From assembly GCF_032444005.1 (NCBI RefSeq), contig NC_091283.1, positions 629,114,001 through 629,178,000 of the forward strand: 64,000 nucleotides of DNA, given 5' to 3'. Positions 38,100 to 51,000 of this stretch are shown piece after piece. Positions within the stretch are counted from its first letter, which is position 1; each line of letters begins with the position of its first letter. The translations under genes and the position numbers were made by a program. Source of the stretch: Ranitomeya imitator. Its lineage: Eukaryota. The notes beneath the pieces are model-generated. The model saw nothing but the letters and a program-made list of their open reading frames with translations, did not search any database and was not told the origin of the DNA.

Positions 38100-40900
38100 A
38101 ATATAATATACACCTGTCTTTATGGGATGTGTTTCATTCTCCAATTATCTACATATATTTCTTCTTCATTCCCCACCTATCAGGCTCAGGGAATATAATA
38201 TACACCTGTTTATATGGGATATGTGTTCATTCCCCTATTATCTACATATATTCCATGTTCATTCCCCACCTATCAGGCTCAGGGAATATAATATACACCT
38301 GTTTATATGGGATATGTGTTCATTCCTCTATTATCTACATCTATTTCATGTTCATTCCCCACCTATAAAGCTCAGGGAATATAATATACACCTGTTTATA
38401 TGGCATATGTGTTCATTCCTCTATTCTCTACATATATTTCATGTTCATTCCCCACCTATCACGCTCAGGGAATATAATATACACCTGTTTATATGGGATA
38501 TGTGTTCATTCTCCTATTATCTACATATATTTCATCTTCATTCCCCACCTATCAGGCTCAGGGAATATAATATACACCTGTTTATATGGGATATGTGTTC
38601 ATTCTCCTATTATCTACATATATTCCATGTTCATTCCCCACCTATCAGGCTCAGGGAATATAATATACCCCTGTTTATATGGGATATGTGTTCATTCTCC
38701 TGTTATCTACATATATTTCATGTTCATTCCCCACCTATCAGGCACAGGAAATATAATATACACCTGTTTATATGGGATATGTGTTCATTCCCCTATTATC
38801 TACATATATTCCATGTTCATTCCCCACCTATAATGCTCTGGGAATATAATATACACCTGTTTATATGGGATATGTGTTCATTCTCCTATTCTCTACATAT
38901 ATTTAATCTTCATTCCCCACCTATCAGGCTCAGGGAATATAATATACACCTGTTTATATGGGATATGTGTTCATTCTCCTATTATCTACATATATTTCAT
39001 GTTTATTCCCCACCTATCAGGCTCAGGGAATATAATATACACCTGTTTATATGGGATATGTGTTCATTCCTCTATTATCTACATATATTTCATGTTCATT
39101 CCCCACCTATAAAGCTCAGGGAATATAATATACACCTGTTTATATGGGATATGTGTTCATTCCTCTATTATCTACATATATTTCATGTTCATTCCCCACC
39201 TATAAAGCTCAGGGAATATAATATACACCTGTTTATATGGGATATGTGTTCATTCCTCTATTATCTACACATGTTTCATGTTCATTCCCTACCTATCAGG
39301 CTCAGGGAATATAATATACACCTGTTTATATGAGATATGTGTTCATTCCTCTATTCTCTACATATATTTCATGTTCATTCCCCACCTATAAAGCTCAGGG
39401 AATATAATATACACCTGTTTATATGGCATATGTGTTCATTCCTCTATTCTCTACATATATTTCATGTTCATTCCCCACCTATCAGGCTCAGGGAATATAA
39501 TATACACCTGTTTATATGGGATATGTGTTCATTCCCCTATTATCTACATATATTCCATGTTCATTCCCCACCTATAATGCTCTGGGAATATAATATACAC
39601 CTGTTTATATGGGATATGTGTTCATTCTCCTATTATCTACATATATTTCATCTTCATTCCCCACCTATCAGGCTCAGGGAATATAATATACACCTGTTTA
39701 TATGGGATATTTGTTCATTCTCCTATTCTCTACATATATTCCATGTTCATTCCCCACCTATCAGGCTCAGGGAATATAATATACACCTGTTTATATGGGA
39801 TATGTGTTCATTCTCCTGTTATCTACATATATTTCATGTTCATTCCCCACCTATCAGGCACAGGAAATATAATATACACCTGTTTATATGGGATATGTGT
39901 TCATTCCCCTATTATCTACATATATTCCATGTTCATTCCCCACCTATAATGCTCTGGGAATATAATATACACCTGTTTATATGGGATATGTGTTCATTCT
40001 CCTATTCTCTACATATATTTCATGTTTATTCCCCACCTATCAGGCTCAGGGAATATAATATACACCTGTTTATATGGGATATGTGTTCATTCCTCTATTA
40101 TCTACATATATTTCATGTTCATTCCCCACCTATAAAGCTCAGGGAATATAATATACACCTGTTTATATGGGATATGTGTTCATTCCTCTATTATCTACAT
40201 ATATTTCATGTTCATTCCCCACCTATAAAGCTCAGGGAATATAATATACACCTGTTTATATGGGATATGTGTTCATTCCTCTATTATCTACACATATTTC
40301 ATGTTCATTCCCTACCTATCAGGCTCAGGGAATATAATATACACCTGTTTATATGAGATATGTGTTCATTCCTCTATTCTCTACATATATTTCATGTTCA
40401 TTCCCCACCTATTAGGCTCAGGGAATATAATATACACCTGTTTATATGGGATATGTGTTCATTATCCTATTCTCTACATATATTTCATGTTCATTCCCCA
40501 CCTATCAGGCACAGGGAATATAATATACACCTGCTTATATGGGATATGTGTTCATTCCTCTATTCTCTACATATATTTCATGTTCATTCCCCACCTATTA
40601 GGCTCAGGGAATATAATATACACCTGTTTATATGGGATATGTGTTCATTCTCCTATTATCTACATATATTCCATGTTCATTCCCCACCTATCAGGCTCAG
40701 GGAATATAATATACACCTGTTTATATGGGATATGTGTTCATTCTCCTATTATCTACATATATTCCATGTTCATTCCCCACCTATCAGGCTCAGGGAATAT
40801 AATATACACCTGTTAATATGGGATATGTGTTCATTCTCCTATTCTCTACATGTATTTCATGTTCATTCCCCACCTATAAAGCTCAGGGAATATAATATAT
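38100..40900 (+). repeat. 93-bp satellite B in inverted orientation, about 30 units
   Basis: Reverse complement of the 32978-35353 unit. Confidence 0.96.
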
Positions 40901-41077
40901 ACCTTTTTTACGGGATCTATGTTGATATCCTAATTTTTTTTTTACATATAATTTATGTTCAGTTCATATCCAAGATGCAGAAGAAATCTATAACTTCTCT
41001 CCATCTCTTTGGACCTATAAGTTATTATGTTCATTCTTTTTATTTATTCCTTTTCTTCATTCTTTTTAGTACGTCCC

Positions 41078-42945
41078 CACCCATGAACAAGACCCCTCTG
41101 CTCCCCTTCCCATGTACAACACCACTCTGCTCACCCTCCCATGTACAAGACCCCTCTGCTCCCCCTCCCATTTACAAGACTCCTCTGCTCCCCCTCCCAT
41201 GTACAAGACCCCTCTGCTCCCCCTCCCATGTACAAGACCCCTCTGCTCCCCCTCCCATGTACAAGACCCCTCTGCTCCACCTCCCATGTGCAAGACCCCT
41301 CTGCTTCCCCCACCCATATACAAGACCCCTCTGCTTCCCCCACCCATGTACAAGACCCCTCTGCTCCTACCTCCCATGTGCAAGACCCCTCTGTTCCACC
41401 TCCCATGTGCAAGACCCCTCTGCTCCCCCTCCCATGTGCAAGACCCCTCTGCTCCTCCTCCCATGAACAAGATCCCTCTGCTTCCCCCACCCATGAGTAA
41501 GGCCCCTGTGCTTCCCCACCCATGAACAAGACCCCTCTGCTCCCCTTCCCATGTACAACACCACTCTGCTCCCCCTCCCATGTACAAGACCTCTCTGCTC
41601 CCCCTCCCATGTACAAACCAAGTAAACAATGAAGGACAGCATCCAATCCAGGTGAAAGTGTACAAGACCCCTCTGCTCCACCTCCCATGTGCAAGACCCC
41701 TCTGCTCCGCCCTCCCATGTGCAAGACCCCTCTGCTCCCCCTCCCATGTGCAAGACCCCTCTGCTCCCCCTCCCATGTGCAAGACCCCTCTGCTTCCCGC
41801 ACCCATGAGCAAGGCCCCTGTGCTTCCCCCACCCATGAACAAGACCCCTGTGCTCCCCCTCCCATGTGCAAGACCCCTCTGCTCCACCCTCCCATGTACA
41901 AGACCTCTCTGCTCCCCCTCCCATGTACAAACCAAGTAAACAATGAAGGATAGCATCCAATCCAGGTGAAAGTGTTCAAAAATGGATTCCTTTATTTGCC
42001 AAAGTGCAACGTTTCAACCCACATGGGTCTTTGTCAAGCATGTACAAGACTCATCTGCTCCCCCTCCCATGTACAAGACCCCTCTGCTCCCCCTCCCATG
42101 TACAAGACTCCTCTGCTCCCCCTCCCATGTGCAAGACCCCTCTGCTTCCCCCACCTATGTACAAGACCCCTCTGCTTCCTCACCCATGTACAAGACCCCT
42201 CTGCTCCACCTCCCATGTACAAGACCCCTCTGCTCCACCTCCCATGTGCAAGACCCCTCTGCTTCCCCCTCCCATGTACAAGACCCCTCTGCTTCCCCCA
42301 CCCATGTACAAGACCCCTCTGCTCCTACCTCCCATGTGCAAGACCCCTCTGCTCTACCTCCCATGTGCAAGACCCCTCTGCTCCGCCCTCCCATGTGCAA
42401 GACCCCTCTGCTCCCCCTCCCATGTGCAAGACCCCTCTGCTCTCCCTCCCATGTGCAAGACCCCTCTGCTTCCCCCTCCCATGTACAAGACCCCTCTGCT
42501 TCCCCCACCCATGTACAAGACCCCTCTGCTCCTACCTCCCATGTACAAGACCCCTCTGCTCCACCTCCCATGTGCAAGACCCCTCTGCTCCGCCCTCCCA
42601 TGTGCAAGACCCCTCTGCTCCCCCTCCCATGTGCAAGACCCCTCTGCTCTCCCTCCCATGTGCAAGACCCCTCTGCTTCCCGCACCCATGAGCAAGGCCC
42701 CTGTGCTTCCCCCACCCATGAACAAGACCCCTGTGCTCCCCCTCCCATGTGCAAGACCCCTCTGCTCCACCCTCCCATGTACAAGACCCCTCTGCTCCAC
42801 CTCCCATGTGCAAAACCCTTCTGCTCCACCTCCCATGTGCAAGACCCCTCTGCTCCCCCCTACCATGTGCAAGACCCCTCTGCTCCCCCCTCCCATGTGC
42901 AAGACCCCTCTGCTTCCCCTCCCATGTACACGACCCCTCTAAATC
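41078..42945 (+). repeat. 29-bp minisatellite, part 3
   Basis: Same unit and same orientation as parts 1 and 2. Confidence 0.95.
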
Positions 42946-45332
42946 CTCCGTACCTCCTTGTTTCCGTAGCAGTTGCAGTATATGTGCTTGCAGAGTCTGT
43001 ATTATTGCCACTTTGGGTGTTGTGGTATCTTTAATGTATATACAGGAACCTGCCACTGTTCCCTTTGTTATAAAGAAAAAAATCCTCCTTTCTCACCAGA
43101 GGACCTTTGCAAATTATGACATTTTACCAGAAAAATACCTTTTTTTTCTGGTAAAATAACAGAAGCCAAGTAGATCTTAAGGACAATAAAGTCTTTTAGG
43201 TTCTGTTGGTGACCATAAAGTAACAGATCCAACACTTCTGTCAGTTCCTTTGTTTTGCTTTTATCACAGCACTACAATGGAGTAACTTAATGGATTAACT
43301 TAACCCCATTTTGAACAGAGCCCAAGTGCAATACAACTGGGGGGAGTACAGCATCCCTAGGTGCAAATAACAGTGTCTAGTCTGGAGCTCATATTTTGAT
43401 CCATGATCAAAGTGGAAAAGACGTGTCTAAAAAGAACAAAACAATTGATGGCGTTATATGAAGTTTTATATCGTTGAGCTCTCGGTGCCAGACTGGTCAT
43501 GCCATGTTTTTATGTACTGGTGATCTTTGGTTTCCATAGAACAAAGGCAGTCTGACATATCTAGGCAACAAATTTTATATGATCTAAGAACCTGAGATTA
43601 AAGGGGTTGCCTGCTTCTAATGGATCCCCCAAGTGATAGGTGAAATTTGTGACATTTTTGATGCAAGGGTTGATAATCCCTTGAAATCAGTGTTTTGGAA
43701 TAAAATATAACTTTTAATAATAGGATATTAACAACCGTGAGTCTGCCATTTGAAAGAGGACTCGGGGTCTCTAAGGTCTTTTATAGACTAGTGTGTTTTT
43801 CGTGTGTACCACATTATTTGTCTTGGCACCTTGCACTTTCGGTTACCTCTTTTATACTATACTTATTAAAATTTATATTTTATTCCAAAACGCTGATTTC
43901 AATTAAGACTAGTTGGATGTAACCATCTGCTACATTTCATTGGTTGAATCCATGCAGCACCAGTTGTCTGCAATATACTAACATGTCTGCTTCTCCAGAG
44001 CGAGAACTGGACTATGTAGCTCAGGGGTAAGGAACCTTTTTTTGGACATGGGACATTTGGATATTTATAATATCAGTCACAGGCTGAACAAAATTATCAC
44101 CTTAAAAATTAGCCTGTTATATGTGGTCAAACAATTAACTCTCCGCTAATGTGATGGCTGGAACTGCTTTTCTTTGGTGAGGTGTGCGATAAGTGGTACT
44201 GATGATGTTGCTACTCACAACTGCTTTTCCAGGCTAGCGTCAGTCTGGAGCTCAGTGGGCTCTGCAATAAGTTTTGTAAAAAGAAAAAAAAGGCCACAGC
44301 AGTACGGTGTTCCAAACACAGATGTATATTACACTGCTTGTCTCCTCAAATAATACACATGTCTACTGTATGTACATCACATAGGATACACTGAGACTGC
44401 TGTATATGCATCACCTAACATACACTGAGACTTTGGTGTATATACATCATACAACCCCTGGCAAAAATTATGGAATCACAGGCCTCGGAGGATGTTCATT
44501 CAGTTATTTAATTTTGTAGATTAATAGCAGATCACAGACATGGCACAAAACTAAAGTCATATCAAATGGCAACTTTCTGGCTTTAAGAAACACTAAAAGA
44601 AATCAAGAACAAAAAAAATTGTTAGTCAGTAATGATTACTTTTTTTAACCAAGAATAGGGAAAAAATTATGGAATCACTCAATTATGAGAAAAAAATTAT
44701 CGAATCACCCTGTAAATTTTCATTCCCAAAACTAACACCTGCATCATATTACCGTATATACTCGAGTATAAGCCGAGATTTTCAGCCCAAATTTTTGGGC
44801 TGAAAGTGCCCCTCTCGGCTTATACTCGAGTCACAGTTTGTGACAGGGTCGGCGGGTGAGGGGGGGAGAGGTCTGAGGCATACTTACCTAGTCCCGGCGA
44901 TCCTGACGCTGCACCTGCCTGTCACACTGTCTCCGGGTGCCGCAGCTCTTCCCCTGTTCAGCGGTCACGTGGGACCGCTCATTAGAAAAATGAATATGGA
45001 CTCCACTCCCATAGGGGTGGAGCCGCTTATTCATTTCTCTAATCAGCGGTAACGGTGACCGCTGATAGAGGAAGAAGCTGCGGCACCCGAAGACAGTGTG
45101 ACGGGCAGGGGGAGCGTCAGGATCGCCGGGAGCAGGTAAGTATGTCATATTTACCTGTCCACGATCCACACGCCGGGCGCCACTCCATCTTCCCGGCGTC
45201 TCTCCGCTCTGACTGTGCAGGTCAGAGGGCGCGATGACGCATATAGTGTGCGCGGCGCCCTCGGCCTGATCAGTCAGTGCAGAGAGACGCCGGGACCGGA
45301 CGCTGGGGAGCTGCAAGCAAGAAAGGTGAGTA

Positions 45333-46983
45333 CAGTTAGGTCCATATATATATTTGGACAGAGACAACATTTTTCTAATTTTATTTATAGACATTACCAC
45401 AATTAATTTTAAACAAAACAATTCAGATGCAGTTGAAGTTCAGACTTTCAGCTTTCATTTGAGGGTATCCACATTAAAATTGGATGAAGGGTTTAGAAGT
45501 TTCAGCTCCTTAACATGTGCCACCCTGTTTTTAAAGGGACCAAAAGTAATTGGACAGATTCAATAATTTTAAATAAAAGGTTTATTTTTAGTACTTGGTT
45601 GAAAACCCTTTGTTGGCAATGACTGCCTGAAGTCTTGAACTCATGGACATCACCAGACGCTGTGTTTCCTCCTTTTTGATGCCCTGCCAGGCCTTCACTG
45701 CGGTGGTTTTCAGTTGCTGTTTGTTTGTGGGCCTTTCTGTCTGAAGTTTAGTCTTTAACAAGTGAAATGCATGATGAATTGGGTTGAGATCAGGTGACTG
45801 ACTTGGCCATTCAAGAATATTCCACTTCTTTGCTTTAATAAACTCCTGGGTTGCTTTGGCTTTATGTTTTAGGTCATTGTCCATCTGTAGTATGAAACGA
45901 CGACCAATCAGTTTGGCTGCATTTGGCTGGATCTGAGCACACAGTATGGCTCTGAATACCTCAGAATTCATTCGGCTGCTTCTGTCCTGTGTCACATCAT
46001 CAATAAACACTAGTGACCCAGTGCCACTGGCAGCCATGCATGCCCAAGCCACCACACTGCCTCCACCGTGTTTTACAGATGATGTGGTATGCTTTGGATC
46101 ATGAGCTGTACCACGCCTTTGCCATACTATTCTCTTTCCATCATTCTGGTAGAGGTTGATCTTGGTTTCATCTGTCCAAAGAATGTTCTTCCAGAACTGT
46201 GCTGGCTTTTTTACAGTTTTTTTTAGCAAAGTCCAGTCTAGCCTTTTTATTCTTGATGCTTATGAGTGGCTCGCAGCGTGCAGTGAACCCTCTGTATTTA
46301 CTTTCATGCAGTCTTCTCTTTATGGTAGATTTGGATATTGATACGCCTACCTCCTGGAGAGTGTTGTTCACTTGGTTGGCTGTTGTGAAGGGGTTTCTCT
46401 TCACCATGGAGATTATTCAGCGATCATCCATCACTGTTGTCTTCCGTGGGCACCCAGGTCTTTTTGCATTGATGAGTTCACCAGCGCTTTCTTTCTTTCT
46501 CACGATGTACCAAATTGTAGATTTTGCCACTCCTAATATTGTAGCTTTTTCTCGGATGGGTTTTTTCTGTTTTCGCAGCTTAAGGATGGCTTGTTTCACC
46601 TGCATGGAGAGCTCCTTTGACCGCATGTTTACTTCACAGCAAAACCTTCCAAATGCAAGCACCACACCTCAAATCAACTCCAGGCCTTTTATCTGCTTAA
46701 TTGAGAATGACATAACGAAGGGATTGCCCACACCTGTCCATGAAATAGCCTTGGGGTCAATTGTCCAATTACTTTTGGTCCCTTTAAAAACAGGGTGGCA
46801 CATGTTAAGGAGCTGAAACTCCTAAACCCTTCATCCAATTTTAATGTGGATACCCTCAAATGAAAGCTGAAAGTCTGAACTTCAACTGCATCTGAATTGT
46901 TTTGTTTAAAATTCATTGTGGTAATGCCTATAACCAAAATTAGAAAAATGTTGTCTCTGTCCAAATATATATGGACCTAACTG
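45333..46983 (-). mobile_element. Tc1 element with ~220-bp TIRs nested in the MITE
   Basis: TIR CAGTTAGGTCCATATATATTTGGACAGAGAC; TA TSD at 45331-32 and 46984-85. Confidence 0.93.
45588..46665 (-). pseudogene. Frameshifted Tc1 transposase
   Basis: WTDETK, KHGGGSV, QMDND and [11 protein letters not shown] motifs spread over three ORFs. Confidence 0.92.
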
Positions 46984-47019
46984 TATGTGTTTTTTTTTTT
47001 TTTTTATTGCAGCAGCAGC

Positions 47020-47610
47020 GTTATATTTGGCACAGATTTATAATGAGCATCTATGGGGCCAAACTGAACGGTGCAGAGCATATATGGCACAGATTTATAA
47101 TGAGCATCTATGGGGCCAAACTGAACGGTGCAGAGCATTATATGTGGCACAGCTTTATAAGGAGCATCTATGGGGCCATAATGAACGGTGCAGAGCATAT
47201 ATGGCACAGCTTCATAAGGAGAATCTATAGGGCCATAATGAACGGTGCAGAGCATATATGGCACAGCTTCATAAGGAGCATCTATAGGGCCATAATGAAC
47301 GGTGCAGAGCATATATGGCACATCTTTATAAGGAGCATCTATGGGGCCATAATGAACGGTGCAGAGCATTATATATGGCACAGCTTTATAAGGAGCATCT
47401 ATGGGGCCATAATGAACGGTGCCGAGCATTGTATATGGGGCACAGCTTTATATGGAGCATCTATGGGGCCATAATGAACGGTGCAGAGCATTCTATATGG
47501 CACAGCTATATATGGATAATATATGGGGCAATAATCAATGGTATGGAGCATTATATATGGCACAGCTTTATGTGGAGCATCTATGGGGCAATAATGAATG
47601 GTATGGAGCA
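47020..47610. repeat. ~56-59-bp minisatellite inside the MITE
   Basis: Unit ATATATGGCACAGCTTTATAAGGAGCATCTATGGGGCCATAATGAACGGTGCAGAGCAT-like. Confidence 0.9.
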
Positions 47611-47837
47611 TCTATTTTTATTTTTGAAATTCACCGGTAGCTGCTGCATTTTCCACTCTAGGCTTATACTCGAGTCAATAAGTTTTCCCAGTTTTTTGTG
47701 GCAAAATTAGGGGGGTCGGATTATACGCGGGTCGGCTTATACCCGAGTATATACGGTAGATCAGCTCATTAGTCTGCATCTAAAAAAGAGTGATCACACA
47801 TTGGAGAGCTGTAGCACCAAGTGGACTGACATGAATC

Positions 47838-48819
47838 ATGGCTCCAACTGAAAACAAAGGAAAAGATTATCAAACTCTTAAAAGAGGGTAAATCACACAA
47901 TGTTGAAAAAGATGTTGGTTGTTCACAGTCAGCTGTGTCTAAAATCTGGACCAAAAACAAACAATATGGGAAGGTTGTTAAAGGCAAACATACTGGTAGG
48001 CCAAGGAAGACATCAAAGCGTCAAGACCAGAAACTTAAAGCAATATGTCTCCAAGACAGGAAATGCACAACAAAACAAATGAGGAACGAATGGGTGGAAA
48101 CTGGAGTCAATGTCTGTGACCGAACAGTAAGAAATCGCCTAAAGGAAATGGGATATACATATAGAAAAGCTAAACGAAAGCCATCATTAACACTTAAACA
48201 GAAAAAAACAAGGTTACAAAGGGCTAAGGAAATACAATCGTGGACTGTGGATGAGTGGATGAAAGTCATATTCAGTGATGAATCACGAATCTGCATTGGG
48301 CAAGGTGATGTGGCTGGAACTTTTGTTTGGTGCCATTCCAATGAGATTAATAAAGATCACTGCCGGAAGAGAACATGCAAATTTCCACAGTCATTGATGA
48401 TATGGGGGTGCATGTCAGGTAAAGGCACTGGAGAGATGGCTGTCATTACATCTTCAAATGCACAAGTTTATGTTGATATTTTGGACACTTTTCTTATCCC
48501 ATCAAATGAAATCATTTTTTAAGATGATAATGCATCCTGCCATAGAACAGAAACTGTGAAAACATTCCTTGAAAAAAGACACATAAGGTCAATTTCATGG
48601 CCTGCAAATAGTCTGGATCTCAATCCAATTGAAAATCTTTGGTGGAAGTTGAAGAAAATGGTCCATGACAAGGCTCCAACCTGCAAAGCTGATCTGGCAA
48701 CAGCAATCAGAGAAAGTTGGAGCCAGATTGATGAAGAGTACTTTTTGACACTCATTAAGTCCATGCCTCAGAGACTGCAATCTCTTCTAAAAGCCAGAGG
48801 TGGTGCAGCAAAATACTAG
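47838..48819 (+). pseudogene. Disrupted Tc1 transposase
   Basis: GRPRK, VIFSDESR, MIWGCMS and WPANSLDLNPIENLW motifs; stops and frameshifts. Confidence 0.9.
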
Positions 48820-49095
48820 TAATGTGTTGGAGTGTTTTTTTGTTTGTTTGTTTTTCATGATTCCATACTTCACAATTGAGTGATTCCATAATTTTTCCCC
48901 TATGCTAGGTTAAAAAAAGTAACCATTACGGATTACCATCGGGAATTTCTGATGCGATGCTTATACACAATGTTGAATAAATCAAGATGTTTTGAAATCT
49001 TTTCCATTTTTCATCATTTGTAGATCACTAACATGTCTATCCTTCCTATGATTTCCATAATTTGACGACTTTTCCTTCTTAAGTGTTTTAATTAA

Positions 49096-50377
49096 AAGTG
49101 AAGCTGTCAGCAGGATTGTGCTAAATAAATTACAGGCATTGTTATGTTGCCACTGTTCCACTGATTAAAATGATACCTGTGGTGAAGAAATTTGTCTTGT
49201 GGTTCTTGTGTAATCAGTGTTAGACGTTTTCGTTTAATGATATGCCTGTGCTCCTGGGCGGTACTGTAAGCAGAGTCTTATCTGTATGTTCTAGGCCAGA
49301 AAAACTAAGAAGAGACCTGCCCACAGGCCACCATGAAAAACAAACATGTTTCTCATCAGTGAGACAGAGAGAGAGACAGACTTTTTATGCTTTAGGGCTG
49401 ATTGTGGGGCGACCTGTCTTTCCTTGGTTTCTCTGGCCTAGAGCACCAAGATAAGACTCTGCCTGCAGTTCCGCCCCAGTGCATGAGCATATCATTACCT
49501 GCAAACTTCTAACACTGATTACACAAGAACCACAAGACGGATTTATTCAGAGAAGGTCTCATTTCAATCAGTGTAAAGGTACCTTCATACTGAGCGACTT
49601 AACAATGATATCGCTAGCGATCCGTGACGTTGCAGCGTCCTGGATAGCGATATCGTTGTGTTTGACACGCAGCAGCGATCTGGATCCTCCTGTGACATCG
49701 TTAGTCGGAGCAGAAGGGCCAGAACTTTATTTCGTCGCCGGATCTCCCGCAGACATCGCTGAATCGGCGTGTGTGACGCCGATTCAGCGATGTCTTCACT
49801 GGTAACCAGGGTAAACATCGGGTTACTAAGCGCAGGGCCGCGCTTAGTAACCCGATGTTTACCCTGGTTACCATTGTAAATGTAAAAAAAAAAAAGCACT
49901 ACATACTTACATTCCGGTGTCTGTGCCCTCACAGTCAGCTTCCCGCACTGACTGTGAGCGCCGGCCGGCCGTAAAGCACAGCGGTGACGTCACCGCTCTG
50001 CTTTACGGCCGGCCGGCGCTGAGACAGTGCAGGGAAGCTGAGGCCGGAGGACAGACACCGAAATGTAAGTATGTACTGTTTGTTTTTTTTACATTTACAA
50101 TGGTAACCAGGGTAAACATCGGGTTACTAAGCGCGGCCCTGTGCTTAGTAACCCGATGTTTACCCTGGTTACCAGGGGACTTCTGCATCGTTGGTTGCTG
50201 GAGAGCTGTCTGCGTGACAGCTCTCCAGCGACCACACAACGACGAAACAGCGACGCTGCAGCGATCGGCATCGTTGCCTATATCGCTGCAGCGTCGCTTA
50301 ATGTGACGGTACCTTAACTGTGGCAACATGACAATGCCTGTAGTTTTACTTATCAAAATCCTGCTGACAGGTTCACT
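49096..50377. mobile_element. Kolobok/T2-type MITE
   Basis: TTAA flanks (49092-95, 50378-81); TIR AGTGAAGCTGTCAGCAGGATT / AATCCTGCTGACAGGTTCACT. Confidence 0.75.
49577..50314. mobile_element. Harbinger-type MITE nested in the T2 MITE
   Basis: TIR (A)GGTACC(T/G)TCA; TAA on both sides; internal palindromes. Confidence 0.8.
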
Positions 50378-51000
50378 TTAATTGTTGAGAGAAAATATAT
50401 GGGGATTTAATTTTTTATTATGGGTTTACCATTTATAGAGATTTTTACACTCATAAGGCCAAGCCCTTACAAAAGTACCCAGGTTAGTGATGAGTGGATC
50501 GCTCCAACTACGGTCAAGGTCAGTTCTCTCTAGCCATGGGCATGAGCAGCGGGATATCCTAAGCCAAGCCTGGGATTTCAAAAGATCAGCAAATTGGCAC
50601 AGCTCCCGCCAACAGCCAGCGATCACAGATTGTGGACCAGTTTTGCGCTAAGCGATCTGCTCATCTCTTGCTAAGAAAATTATATCGGAGGTAATTTTGG
50701 AAGATACTCCGGAATTAAAAGTTGAAGCAACTCCTCTGTTAAAATGCCCATACACATAACATAAATGTAAGCCAAACAAGTGTATTCTGGAAATGGCGAA
50801 CAACCATCTAATGTGTATAGTGGTTTCTTTACTCTTCCCTTACAGCAGATGTCAGGGAGCAGAAGGATTGGGCATGTCGGATTTCAAAATGTTGATCCTT
50901 CTGTTATGATGGGATAAACTGCCAAGTGCTGATAGAGGTTCAGTTTAAGATATGTGGCCACAGTTCTTTTAATCCTCTTATTTATCAAAATTCCGAAAAA

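Larger units (their letters stand above)
20814..41077. mobile_element. Older head-to-head PLE-derived inverted duplication carrying satellite B; hosts the young PLE dimer
   Basis: 20814-20990 is the reverse complement of about 40895-41077. Satellite B flips orientation across the centre. PLE/satellite junctions are mirrored at 35353/4 and 38099/100. (TCCC)CACCCATGA is duplicated at both outer ends. Confidence 0.8.
44752..47756. mobile_element. TA-targeting (pogo/Tc1-mariner-type) MITE with internal minisatellite
   Basis: TIR CCGTATATACTCGAGTATAAGCCGA / TCGGCTTATACCCGAGTATATACGG; TA TSD at 44750-51 and 47757-58. Confidence 0.85.
44452..48930 (+). mobile_element. Tc1 element (IR/DR type), right TIR truncated, interrupted by a MITE
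   Basis: TA|CAACCCCTGGCAAAAATTATGGAATCAC with internal direct repeats; inner part of right TIR at about 48835-48929. Confidence 0.85.

Noticed and set aside
3265-41077. Repeat arrays next to a reverse transcriptase read as CRISPR, retron or DGR systems
   Set aside because: The repeats are head-to-tail with no unique spacers, there are no cas genes, the RT is a eukaryotic PLE type, and the context has spliceosomal introns.
20814-41077. Foldback-type DNA transposon with long tandem-repeat TIRs
   Set aside because: Not fully excluded, but there is no transposase and the inner arms are PLE RT/endonuclease/pLTR sequence, so a retroelement origin fits better.
33003-41466. Long His/Cys-rich ORFs (525, 403, 339 and 368 aa) that look zinc-finger-like
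   Set aside because: They are 31-aa periodic translations of the 93-bp satellite. C2H2 fingers have a 28-aa period and CxxC...HxxxH spacing, which is absent.
43000-44440. Possible exons or short MITE relics (TTAAAGGGG at about 43598; CAGGGGTAAGGAACC at about 44027)
   Set aside because: Too decayed to define both ends or a reading frame from the sequence alone.
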